Shown: in pieces, positions 26,754 through 41,006 of the stretch | How the letters are laid out: every line of letters begins with the position of its first letter | Position numbering within the stretch: position 1 is the first letter of the stretch | Position numbers and translations under genes: made by a program | The notes under the pieces: model-generated | Told to the model about the DNA's origin: nothing | The model's input: the letters and a program-made list of their open reading frames with translations, nothing else | Database searches by the model: none | NCBI GenBank assembly: GCA_964016885.1 | Contig: OZ024740.1 | Location: 63,178,001 to 63,242,000, forward strand | Reading direction: 5' to 3' | Origin: Eledone cirrhosa | Taxonomy: Eukaryota | Length of the DNA stretch: 64,000 nt

Positions 26754-28142
26754 GTGTCTTTCGATGTAGTGAATCTCTACACAACGATCCCACACCAATA
26801 CGGACTAGAAGCAATAGGATTCTGGCTAGAGAAATATCCCAATGAGATACCTGACAGAATAGAAAAAAGCTTCATCACCGAGGGATTAAAATTCATCGTA
26901 CAGAACAACTTTTTTGATTTCGATGGTAATACTTACAAGCAAATATCGGGGACTGCGATGGGTACAAAAGCCGCTCCAACTTATGCCAACTTAGTCATGG
27001 CATACTTAGAAGTCCAGATATATGAACAGTCCAAATCAAAATACGGATTGAACTTCCACAAATATTTATCAGAGAATTGGAAACGCTACTTGGATGATTG
27101 CCTCATTCTTTGGTCCCACACACTCGACCAACTGAAGGATTTCAAAAACTTAATAAACGGCATCAATAACCACATCCAATTCACAATGGAATACAGCCAA
27201 GATCAACTGCCATTTCTGGACATCTTAATCTTAAAAAAAGACACAAATATCGAAACTGACATACACTACAAACCAACGGATTCCAAACAATATCTGCTAT
27301 TCACCTCCAACCATCCAAAGCACACGAAGACGAACATTCCTTTTAACCTAGCAAGAAGAATTTGCACAATTGTCTCCAATTATGAAACGCGAAATAAAAG
27401 ACTTCAAGAATTAAAGGAAATTCTACTCGAGAGAGAGTACCCACTATTACTAATAAATAATGGAATAGAAAGGGCTAAAGCAATAGGCATTGGTGAATTA
27501 CGGAAACAGAAACAAATTCAAGGTACGTCCAATATTCTATCATATATCTCAACACACAACCCAAGAAATGCGGAAGCTTACAACACTATTCACAATAACA
27601 TCCCACTACTAAAACAAAACCCAAGAATGAAAAAAGCCCTTGAAACACACAAAATAATCAAAAGCAAAAGGCAACCAAAATCACTGAAAACATTACTCAC
27701 CAATGCCAAATTACCTACCACAAACCCACAACCAAGTATCAAAAAATGTGGTCGCTCTAATTGTGGAACCTGCACTCACCTCATTGAAGGCAACACGTAT
27801 ACATTTAAATCAGGACAAAATTTTACTGTAAAAAATCACTTCACTTGCTCATCAAAAAATCTAATTTATGCCATTAAATGTAAAGGATGCAATGAAGATT
27901 ATATAGGACAAACTAAACTCACACTCAGAAACAGAATGACAGTTCATCGCCAACAATTACGAGATCCAACCACGAGACAGATACCACTAAGTGCACATCT
28001 AGACATTTGCGCAAGTAATAAGACACCCAAATTCCAAGTCTTCCCATTTTACCTTTGCGCTAGCAATACAACAGAACAAATGCGAATAAATAAGGAAAAT
28101 ATGTTTATTCAAAAACATAGACCAACATTAAATATGGTTTAA
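26754..28142 (+). CDS. PLE reverse transcriptase (partial) + Cys linker + GIY-YIG endonuclease, uninterrupted 462 aa
   Basis: SFDVVNLYT; GTAMGT; RYLDD; LPFLD; KPTD; CGRSNCGTC; LIYAIKC..C..YIGQT; R..H. Confidence 0.92.
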   Translation: MSFDVVNLYTTIPHQYGLEAIGFWLEKYPNEIPDRIEKSFITEGLKFIVQNNFFDFDGNTYKQISGTAMGTKAAPTYANLVMAYLEVQIYEQSKSKYGLNFHKYLSENWKRYLDDCLILWSHTLDQLKDFKNLINGINNHIQFTMEYSQDQLPFLDILILKKDTNIETDIHYKPTDSKQYLLFTSNHPKHTKTNIPFNLARRICTIVSNYETRNKRLQELKEILLEREYPLLLINNGIERAKAIGIGELRKQKQIQGTSNILSYISTHNPRNAEAYNTIHNNIPLLKQNPRMKKALETHKIIKSKRQPKSLKTLLTNAKLPTTNPQPSIKKCGRSNCGTCTHLIEGNTYTFKSGQNFTVKNHFTCSSKNLIYAIKCKGCNEDYIGQTKLTLRNRMTVHRQQLRDPTTRQIPLSAHLDICASNKTPKFQVFPFYLCASNTTEQMRINKENMFIQKHRPTLNMV

Positions 28143-29073
28143 TATACATTATGTCAACACCATAATATGACATACACACACACACATAACACCTTCTACT
28201 TTAGAAAATAAAAACCCGAACTAAATAAACCTTAACATACGTTTGCACTGACAATACAACGGCAAACACGAATAAGTAAGGAAAATATGTTCATTCAAAA
28301 ATATTCCTACTAAAGGAATCACTTTCCTACACACACACATACACACACACAATATATATATATATATATATATTCTCTTCATCTTAACATGCTAACCATA
28401 CTCCCACACACATAACACCCATACACACACATAACAACTCTCACACCCATAACTCCCTCCCCATTTCTACTAATAGAACCACTTTCATACACACATATAT
28501 ATACACACACAAAATATATATTCTCTCCATCTTAACATACTCGCACACACACACATAACACCCATATACACACTAATTTCTACTAATAGAACCACTTTCC
28601 TACACACATATATATACACACACACAAAATATATACTCTCTCCATCTTAACATACTCGCACACACACACACATAACACCCATATACACACACACACAACT
28701 CCCTCCCCCATTTCTACTAATAGAATCATCTTCCAATACACACATACACACACACACACACACATACACACACACAAGCACACAAATAAACATACATATC
28801 TTCACTTCAATAGAAAATCTGAACTCTGACACCTCAGCGAACTAACCATATTCACTGAACCAGAACAATTCTCCCAATGCCATTTCTCTTGACCACTATC
28901 TTTCCATTGTCATAACATTCGCTATAAAGACTACAGAATAGTTTTCCAAATAAGGGCGCAAAAATGTAATGAAAACTTGTTCACGTGACAGCCAAATTTC
29001 ATTTATAACCAATCAAATCACGTTTATTAAAAAAAAGCCTTCGTGAGCCACCTTTTTTTAAAGTAAAGAAATT

Positions 29074-29108
<35 letters not shown>

Positions 29109-29628
29109 GCACACAAATAAACACACATATCTTTACTTTCTTTATTCAATAGAAAATCTGAATTCTGACACCCCAGCGAACTAACCATATTCACTGAACC
29201 AGAACAATTCTCCCATCCCTTTCTCTTGACCATTATCTTTCACTTATCAAAAAATTCTCTAAAAAAAGGCTACAGAATGGATTTCCAAATAAGGGCACAA
29301 AAATTTAATGAAAATTTGTTCACGTGACAGCCATAATTTCATTTATAACCAACCAAAAAAAAGCCTTCGTGAGCCTCCTTTTTTCAAGTAAAAAGAAATT
29401 CAAACACTCATATATGAAAAAACAACCTGTGACAAACCCCCCCCCCCCCTCTTATTTGAAGAACTATTGTAACGCGAACTGGCGCGAAATTTATTATAAT
29501 TATTGACAAACCAATCAAATTACTTCTCGAAAAACCTGGCATTCCGAGCCACTTTTTCCATATAAAACAAGTAACATTCAGAAACCAACCAGATGTGAGA
29601 AAAACCACAGACCCTCCATCTCAACTCA

Positions 29629-29666
29629 CCTTTTGAAAAGCAGAAGAGCTGCGAAACCGGTAAAGG
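29629..29666 (+). ncRNA. Minimal hammerhead ribozyme with U3-A8 core (family H)
   Basis: CCTT-TTGAAAA-GCAG aagag CTGC-GAAA-CCGG-TA-AAGG. All stems are perfect. Confidence 0.85.
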
Positions 29667-29799
29667 AACCAAATAAATATATATATATTTTTTTTTAAAT
29701 AAGACTCCAGTTGCATTTTCGATTTCATCTCTTTTTCTTTATACTTTCACTCGTGTAGGACACCTCGGTTATTTTTCATTTTGTAAAAAGATACCTCAC

Positions 29800-29836
<37 letters not shown>

Positions 29837-30443
29837 TTAAAATCCAAAAATAAATTACTAAATGATAGAATCGAACGATCATTATACTGCAACCACAAAC
29901 TGAAAGCTAAATTCTCTCACTATAAAATAACTTAACATTCGAACCCGTAACTATAACATTGCTTTCTAGCTAACCACTTTCTCTTCCCCCACACTACAAG
30001 ACAATACCCTGCTTATCACTATAAATGGGAACTTAGTGTAATTCGTAGATTACTACTATGAACCCAATGTTCACCCACCCCATAGCTTTCGTCTGTCCCC
30101 TCTCTATCTCTCCCTCTCTATCCATTCCACTCTCTCTCTCTCGCCCTAGGCCTACCTCCCTCTCTCTCCACATCTATGAACCTGCCCTCTGGGGCAATAA
30201 ATAATTCCAACCTTGACTATCAACGCATCGCTTAAGGTGGTCGCTTTAAGAGTAACCAGTATAATAAAACCCCTACCACAACATTTTGATTAAGATATCT
30301 ACAAACCACTCTCTCCCATTTCTCCAGCCCCTGCATATCTTTCTCTCTCTCTTCCTCTCCCCTTCTTTTCTCTCTTCCTTTTCTACTCTATCCTCCCCAA
30401 TAACCTCACTTAAGGATATTTACATTGTACATTTTAACCATTC

Positions 30444-30555
30444 TGCTCTGATGATACAGTGGTCACAGCATTTGATAATTGCGTTTTGCAAATAGTTATA
30501 AATTTGCACATAGCATAACTAGGCTGTATAACCACCGTGGAAACATTTGTAAGCA
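30444..30555 (+). ncRNA. Type I hammerhead ribozyme (family J) with extended stem II
   Basis: TGCT-CTGATGA-TACAGTGGT...ACCACCGTG-GAAA-CATTTG-TA-AGCA. Confidence 0.8.
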
Positions 30556-30750
30556 CACAGAATAAATTACCTTTTTATGATGTCTACCTGTTATTATTCA
30601 TTCTTTATCTAGACTCCGGAATACAGAAGGATCAGGAACTAAGTTTCTTCAACAATTCTACCATAACTCGTTGAGTAAACTCTTACCGTACGTCAACTCT
30701 ATCCAGTGTAGTAATTAACCATTACTGCATCTTGGATAACCTTATACCTA

Positions 30751-30843
<93 letters not shown>

Positions 30844-31387
30844 TGTATATATATACTGTATATATATATATATATATATATATATTAAGACAGGGGGGGA
30901 GAAAAAATGGCTTCACTTGTGCTTTCAACAAATTTATTTTCTTCACAAAATCCCAAAAGAATTTTTCTTAAAAAAAATTATTTTATAAATTAAGTTGTTG
31001 GTTGTTGGTTAGGTCTTAGGAGTTCTTGGTTAACGTAGGAGGTATTGTTTCGTTTTTAGAAAGACCTTTCACGCTGAGGTGCGCTTGTCAAACTGATGTG
31101 TATGTGGTGTGTTGTTCTATATATAGGGATTTAACATGTCTGTGGTGTGGTGGGGGTTTCTTTTCTCCCCCTTTAATAAGTGCATGGGTGTAGGTGTGTT
31201 GAAAAAGTGTTCATAGCAGTAATGAGTTGAGACGGTGAGTAGGGTTGGGTGGGGATAAATGTAGCAAGTGCCGCCTGCCCCGGTCATTCTCGAAAAATTC
31301 CTTTATTCAGGGGAAAAAGCTTTTAGTATTGCTTTTGTGTTGAGAATGGTCACAGGCAAATCGCACCTGTCAAGTTTGTGAATAATT

Positions 31388-31825
31388 ATTTTTTTCTTTT
31401 TTTCTTTTTTTCTTTTTTTCTTTTTTTCTTTTTTTCTTTTTTTCTTTTTTTCTTTTTTTCTTTTTTTCTTTTTTTCTTTTTTTCTTTTTTTCTTTTTTTC
31501 TTTTTTTCTTTTTTTCTTTTTTTCTTTTTTTCTTTTTTTCTTTTTTTCCTGAAGAATTTTTCTACGTCCATCCCAAAGTTAGTCCTTTGTTCAACACACA
31601 CATATGTGCGCATATATGTACATACACACACGGGCATATGTAGGAATATATAGGCACACACCATCAATCTCGCACCCATGCACAAATACATCCACACACA
31701 TACACAAAAACATATAGAGACACATATAAAAACACACATATACATACGTACACACACGAATATGTACTCATACCTCCACATGGGTATATATATATATACA
31801 TACATACACATATATATACACACAT

Positions 31826-31872
<47 letters not shown>

Positions 31873-31893
31873 CATATACACATACACACACAT

Positions 31894-31956
<63 letters not shown>

Positions 31957-32199
31957 CATATATACATACATATACATACATATACACACATAAAGATACA
32001 TAACTAAATATACATATATACACATACACGCACACATACACACACACACACACGCACGTGTATACACACACACACACACACACACATATATACATATGTC
32101 CGTATATATACCCCTCCGTTCACACATACATGCATACACACACACACATACACACATACATCTATATATATATACACATATAAAGAGAGAGGCATACAT

Positions 32200-32254
<55 letters not shown>

Positions 32255-32367
32255 CACATACACATACATATATGTACACATAAACACATACAGACACATA
32301 CACACATATACACATACATATACACATACATATATATCCATATACATATATATACACACATACATAT

Positions 32368-32406
<39 letters not shown>

Positions 32407-32464
32407 CATACACATACACATACACGTACAAGTACATACATACACACATACATACACATACATG

Positions 32465-32520
<56 letters not shown>

Positions 32521-32824
32521 TACATACATATATATATATACATATATATACACATACACACACATACATACACACATACATATATACATATATATATATG
32601 TGTGTGCGTACACACGAGCACATAAAGACACATATACCATACACATATATATACATATATATATATATACACATACATCTACATACATACATACATATAC
32701 ACAAACAGAAACATACACATATGTACACACATATATACATATATGCACATACATACACACACACATACATATATATAGGTACATACACATACATACACAC
32801 ACACATAAACATACATATCTATCC

Positions 32825-32877
<53 letters not shown>

Positions 32878-32906
32878 TATACAAACATACACATATATAC
32901 ACACAT

Positions 32907-32951
<45 letters not shown>

Positions 32952-33110
32952 TACAAACATACACACATCCATACATATATATATACACACACACACACAC
33001 ATACACACATACACACACCCACATACATATATACCCACACGTACATACATCCATACATCCCTACACACACATATGTGTGTGTCTCACCGTTCATTCAGAT
33101 ATTCATGTGT
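31388..33110. repeat. T/C-rich tandem repeat followed by a ~1.5-kb compound (TA)/(CA)/(TACA) microsatellite
   Basis: Direct inspection. All ORFs here are low-complexity artefacts. Confidence 0.95.
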
Positions 33111-33139
33111 ATACATAAGAAGAGGGGGCGGGTAGTGAA

Positions 33140-34740
33140 ATGGAATTTTACCTCCGAGTGTTAATTCATTTTTTCGTGTTCAGTAGTGGTTTAAATTTTT
33201 CAATGAAGAATTCTTCTTTATATCTGCGGAAATGTTCGTTATCCGACCATATCTTGAAGAAAGGGAAGATTGTGAATTTTCCCTTCCCGCATGATGCAAA
33301 GTGTGCACTACATGTGGTATTTCTGACTGTGGGGTCTTTAATCTGTTGTTTATGTACCCGGACTCTATCATGTAATCCCGTTCCGGTTTCCCCAATGTAA
33401 TACTCTTTACACTGTGGACATGTTGCGCAATATATTAGGTTTTTCGTTTTGCAGTTTTTCGTTTAGCATTGACCTTGAAATTATCATGGTTTTTGAAGGA
33501 CAACTGTTTGCCCTCTTCGATGAGTTCACAGGTTCCACATCTAGGGTCCCCGCATTTCGTCACTTGCATTGATCCCATGTTGGTCGTAAATTTTGCCTTG
33601 GTAATTAGTTTTTTAAGGTTGGGTGCTTGGCGTCTGCTATAAATTATCTGTGTTTTTTAAGGGTGCATTCATTTTGGTAGATTGCTGTAGAATCGGGAGA
33701 TACTGCTTAGCAGTTTTCACAATGTTGATGTTCCCTGGGTTGTGAGTGATGACAAAAGAGATAGCAGGGTTTTCTTTTTTATGTTGTGGGTTTGGTTTTC
33801 TCAGTGTTGTTATTGGGATGTTCTTAGCCTTGGAGATGGCTGCGTTGATTAGTTTCATCGGGTATTCTTGTTTTTTAAGGAATTTTTTCAGGTCACATAA
33901 TCTTTTTTCTTGTAGTACGGGGTGTGTTGCTATAGTGCAGATGCGCCTTGCCATGTTGAAGGGAATGTTCCTTTTCGTATGTGAGGGGTGTGCTGACCGG
34001 AAATTTAAGTATTGGTGTGTGTCAGTGGGTTTGCCAAATTAGTCCGTTATGATATTTTCCCCTTCTTTAATGATGAGGAATCTAGAAAGGGCAGTTCCTT
34101 TTCGTTACATTCCATAGTGAATTGTATAGCTTCATGAAGCCTGTTTAGGATCGAATAAAATTTTTGTAGGTCTGTTTGGCTTCTGTTCCAGAAGATGAAG
34201 CAGTCATCTAGGTAACGTTTCCAGTTTTTATTAATGTAGAAGGCGAAGTCGTGACTGAATGTTATCTGTAGTTGGGAATATAATTTTGCCTCTAAGTGAC
34301 CCATAACGAGCGTTGCATATGTAGGGGCCACTTTGGTACCCATGGCTGTTCCTTTTATTTGTAGATAAAGTTCGTTGTCAAAGAGGAAGTGGTTGTTTTC
34401 CAATACTAATTTAAGTCCTTCCAAGATGAATTCTTTGGGGAATCTTTCTGAAATGTGACGTGAGTGTTTTGTAATCCAGAAGTCCACAGCTTCAATCCCT
34501 AGGTCGTGTGGGATGTTAGTGTACAGGCTTATTACATCAAAACTGACTAGGATTGTATCCTGGTGTACTTTTTGGGGGATGTAGTTAAGGAATTCCATAT
34601 CATCTCTGATGTAGCTTGGAACTTTTTTACATAGGGGTTTGAGTATGATGTCTAATAGGTTGCTTAGACGTTGTGTGCTTGAGGCTGGGCCAGCAATAAT
34701 GGGGCGTAATTTTAAGTCTGTCGGTTTTGGTGCTTCGATG
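33140..34740 (-). mobile_element. 5'-truncated Neptune-like PLE, frameshifted
   Basis: RPIIAGP; SFDVISLYT; GTAMGT; RYLDD; CGDPRCGTC; LIYCATCPQCKEYYIGETG. Confidence 0.9.
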
Positions 34741-34899
34741 ATATATATATATTTATATATATATATATACTGTATATATGTATATATGTATATATATATA
34801 CAGTATATATATATATGTATGTATATATATATACATACTACTGTACGTCTGTATACATATATGTATGTACGTATACATACTTATATATATATATATATA

Positions 34900-36770
<1,871 letters not shown>

Positions 36771-36771
36771 A

Positions 36772-37055
36772 GTTTAAAGAACGCTTCTTGAATCATGTCT
36801 ACCTTCAGATACCCGGACAAACAATAGTTCACGAAGCTCGTAAGCTGCGTATGGTCCCTCAAGAACACAGGCGTGGATTACTCCATCCAATGGACAGTTA
36901 TTACTAAATCTAAACCATACGGAAATGGGAATCCGTCTTGTGGGCTGTGCATTGAACAAAGAATCAATATCCTTAGAAGTTTAGGTGTCTAAATTCAAGG
37001 AATACAATTTTTTCACGTTGTTCACACGTCTGAAAACACCTATAACGTAATTACA
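36772..37055 (+). pseudogene. Naiad-type PLE GIY-YIG endonuclease fragment
   Basis: Manual translation: FKERFLNH..TFRYPDKQ*FTKLVSCVWSLKNTGVDYSIQWTVITKSKPYGNGNPSCGLCIEQRINIL..CLNSRNTIFSRCSH. Confidence 0.8.
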
Positions 37056-37597
37056 AAGCTCTAGATTGACTAACATGAACAATCTATAATATTCTGGACT
37101 GAATAGCATGAATAATCTATAATTATCCTGAGTATCAACAGTTGTCTCTCTACATCGATCTATCGTGGGTTTATCTCCCATTTGGGAAGTGACTGTTTCT
37201 GCCCATGCGTATTTGTGCAGTTGTTTTTCCTTTTCCGTACAGCCTCATAGAACTACTCAAAAGTTGTAGAACTACTACCAAAGTCTGGATTGAGTGCTCT
37301 ACTACTACGGATATAACCCACCAGTGTTCTACTATTATGTATGTATGTAAAAAAGTCACACTTGTTCCACGCATCGGTAGGGGTTCTCGTACATGGATAT
37401 AGGGTAGTGGCCGTAATCGAAAACGAGTTGGCAGCCACCATGTATGTATGTATGTATGCTAAAAAGCCACATTCGATCGCAGCGCTGTTAATTGCTATCG
37501 TGTGTGTGTGTATAGATATGTTTATGTGTGCATGTGTGTGTATACATATATATGTATATTATTATTGTTGTTTTTGTCGTTACATTATTATTATTGA

Positions 37598-37631
<34 letters not shown>

Positions 37632-37715
37632 GTTTGTTTTTTTTTGTTTTTTTTTCTCGTGCAATGGCCATACTCGATAACGAGGGGGCAGCCATCATGT
37701 ATGTATGTATATATA

Positions 37716-39125
37716 CAGGGGGATATTCCAGTACCGACCCTGTTTGCCATATACTTTGCAATGGTTTTCTGTATTGCATTCAGGAATTGCGAGCATGGTG
37801 TTTACATCCGATATCGAACCTCAGGCAGCATATTTAACCTCGGGCGCTTTGCTGCAAAGACAAAAATATTTACATCATTCATAAGAGACCTCTTGTATGC
37901 AGATGATTGCGATCTTGTAGCGCACACAGAGAGTGATATGCAGCACATTTTGAATGCATTTTCTGACGCTTGCACTGCCCTAGGATTGACTGTCAGTCTC
38001 AAGAAAACCGTCGTCATGTACCAACCTGCCCCTGGTAAGCAGTACAGTGAACCAAATATCTATGTGTATGGTAAACGACTTGGAGTGGTTGATCAGTTTG
38101 TCTACCTGGGAAGCACTGTCAATCGATACAGCAACCTTGATAGTGAAATCTCACTTAGGATTAGGAAAGCAAGTGAGTGATGCTTTCGGAAAGCTAGAAA
38201 GGCGACTCTGGGGTCGGCAAGACATATGCAAGAAGACAAAGGTAAAGGTGTACAAGGCATGTGTGCTCTCTTCTCTTCTTTATGCCTGCGAGACCTGGGT
38301 CACATATCGACACCACCTTAAGCAATTGGAGCGTTTCCATCAGATGTGTCTCAGACGGATCCATGGCGTTCACTGGAGGGACCACATCAGTGATGTCGAG
38401 ATTTTGGAAAGCTCTATGTGTGACAGTATAGAAGCTCTTGTGCTTAAGCAACGACTCCGTTGGAGTGGTCACCTTGCCAGGATGAAGGATTCTAGAATAC
38501 CAAAACAACTATTTTATGGAGAGTTAGTTAAAGGAAAACGACCGCCACATAAACCAAAAAAGAGGTATAAGGATTCCTTGAAAGCCTCTTTGAAAGACGC
38601 TAACATCTCTGCTGATACATGGGAAAATATTGCTGCTGATCGTAATAAATGGAGAAAGACTGTATATAAGGGAAAAGTTGCCTTTGAGGCATCTCGAATC
38701 GTATACGAGAAAGTAAAGCGGCATGTGAGGAAGGGCATTGCTGTTGCACTTCCAGACGGCGAGGGTCCTCCTATGGTGCTGACATACAGTGTCTGTGCGA
38801 AACTCTGCCTAAGCAAAGCTGGATTCGAAAGTCATCTTCGCAGTCATAAAGTAAGACCAGTGGTTCACTACCAGGCTGCTGTTGGAGATGCTACTCATCA
38901 TGCTTGCCAAGCATGTGGTAGAGAATGTAGATCAGCAGGAGGGCTCAAACGACATGCAAAAGTACATGAACTCCAACCACAGCCGGCTATTCCCAGTGAA
39001 TATTTTGGTTGCCGACTCTGTGCAAAACATTTTAGATCATTGGCTGGGCTAAAAAGCCACATTCGATCGCAGCGCTGTTAGTTGCTATCGTGTGTGTGTG
39101 TGTATAGATATGTTTATGTGTGTGC

Positions 39126-39189
<64 letters not shown>

Positions 39190-39342
39190 ATATTATTATT
39201 GTTGCTGTTGTCGTTATTATTATTGTTGTTATTATTATTATTATTGTTATTAATATTTTTTTCTTTCTCGTGCAATGGCCATACTCGATAACGAAGGGGC
39301 AGCCATCATGTATGTATGTATGTATGTATGTATGTATGTATG
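37716..39342 (+). mobile_element. 5'-truncated RTE LINE with C-terminal C2H2 zinc fingers and (TATG)n tail
   Basis: QG..PTLF; LLYADD; YLGS; LRWSGHLARM; RIPKQLFYGEL; three CxxC..H..H-like fingers. 3' stem-loop atggcc..gcagccatc then (TATG)n. Frameshift near 38180. Confidence 0.92.
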
Positions 39343-39619
39343 TTCTTCTGGTTTATTAATTTCACAAAATTTTGCCGATAGAGAGAGAGTCGGTTTCTAA
39401 CATAGACACAAGACTCTCTCATTGGAATTTACACAACATCAACTAGGTAGATATGTATGCATGCGTGTGTGTGCAGGCATGTCTGTTGTTGTATGTGTGG
39501 AAGTGTAAATTGTGAGTTGTATGTGTGCATGTGTATATGCTTTGTATGTGTACAAGTGTATATGCAGTTATCAGATGCAGAATTTTTGGAATGTTTTACA
39601 TATTTTTGTATGTATATAT

Positions 39620-40158
39620 GGTGAGGAGGGTGACTTTGGACATCCTGCTGGACTAAAAACAAAACCTGTCAAAGGACAAAGGAGCTCTTAAGAGTCAATG
39701 GTCATCCAAAATCACCGGGAGAGATGACCCCTTAGCCTTTGTCAAGGCAGAATTCTAGGAGAAGGAAAACTCTGATGTAACACCTGCAACCCTGATGGTA
39801 TCCGATGATGTTGATTTGTTCTTCTTGTTGGTAAATATCATCTTGGTTAAGAGAGTGAGACTGGCTTTGTGCAGTGCCTTGGCTCACTATAAAAGATTCA
39901 CGGCACAGGCATTGCTTTATATCTGGAGTTCTCTCTGCACTTGTCGTCACATGGTACCATGGGCCCAGCACTATGTGTCAATAATTGTCACAAGTGTAGT
40001 GTTTGTACCAGAATTTTCAAGTCGCTGGCTGGACTAAAAAGTCACACTCATTCAGCGCATCGGTAGGGGTTCTCCTACATGGATATAAAGTAGTGGCCGT
40101 ACTCGAAAACGAGTTGGCAGCCACCATGTATGTATGTATGTATGTATGTATGTATGTA
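39620..40158 (+). mobile_element. Internally deleted RTE derivative (putative 5' UTR + last zinc finger + 3' end + (TATG)n)
   Basis: 5' segment shared with 55538-55900, including ggagaaggaaaactc. Encodes HKCSVCTRIFKSLAGLKSH near 39985-40065. Tail present. Confidence 0.65.
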
Positions 40159-40294
40159 TAACATTTATATTTATGATAAAATAGTTAAATTTCATCTAAA
40201 TATACCTAAAGTGTTGAATTAGATGCTTTGGTGTGAAAAGACTGAAAGGTTGAGACTATCCCCTATTCCCTCTGTACACAGATATGCATAAGAC

Positions 40295-40605
40295 ATTAGG
40301 TTAACTTTGCCTTTCATCCTTACAGGGTCGATAAAGTAAAGCACCAGTAATGCACTGGGGTAATTGTGCCAAAAGTAGAAACAATAATTTTTATTATTTT
40401 TATGTATTAGGCGGTGGATTGGTAGAATCGGTCAAGCGTTGGACACCGTGCTTTATCGCTTCGAGTTATGGCTCTTTACGTTCTGAGTTCAAATCCCGCC
40501 GAGGTTAACTTTGCCTTTCATCCTTGCGGGGTAGATAAAATAAAGTACCAGTAATGCACTGGGTAATTGCTGGTCTTGTGCCAAAAGTAGAAACAATTAT
40601 TTTTA
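40295..40605 (+). mobile_element. tRNA-derived SINEs (partial copy, then full copy at 40410-40605)
   Basis: Box A TGGTAGAATCGG, box B GAGTTCAAATCC, core tttgcctttcatcc..gataaaataaagtaccag. Confidence 0.85.
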
Positions 40606-40915
40606 TGTATTTCGGAAATTGTTGTCTCCCCATCACAAGATAACTACTTCTATGATTTTGTCTCAAGTTGAATATTCCTACAACAGCTGTAAATGCCAAG
40701 TAGTTTGAAGAATATAGCTGAAATGATTAGTCTAATTTACATCGCATTCATTCGTTTAGCACTTTATTTAATTAAATAATAAATATTTATGCTAGAAATT
40801 TTAAGAGAAGATTAACGAATATATATAAGAAACTTTAATTTGGATATATTGAGAATGTTAATGGAGTGTTGCAGCTGAAAGCATGCATTTCAGCTATATT
40901 ATATATCCTGTTTCA

Positions 40916-41006
<91 letters not shown>

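Larger units (their letters stand above)
26738..29805 (+). mobile_element. 5'-truncated Penelope-like element (Neptune-like) with long 3' UTR and terminal HHR, inserted in (TA)n
   Basis: RT-GIY-YIG ORF, then a 1.6-kb UTR with an internal ~350-nt duplication (about 28740-29400), HHR at 29629. TA tracts on both sides. Confidence 0.9.

Noticed and set aside
31378-33164. Long ORFs (up to 428 aa) rich in YI/CV/HT, and similar ORFs throughout the window
   Set aside because: They are translations of (TA)/(CA) microsatellites, which lack stop codons.
37038-37045. In-frame TGA in the Naiad fragment as possible selenocysteine
   Set aside because: It is not at a Cys position (the CxxC and CxH cysteines are TGT/TGC), and the fragment has other stops and frameshifts.
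40410-40500. Box A/box B as a tRNA gene
   Set aside because: The spacing is too long, there is no cloverleaf, and it is attached to a multi-copy SINE body.
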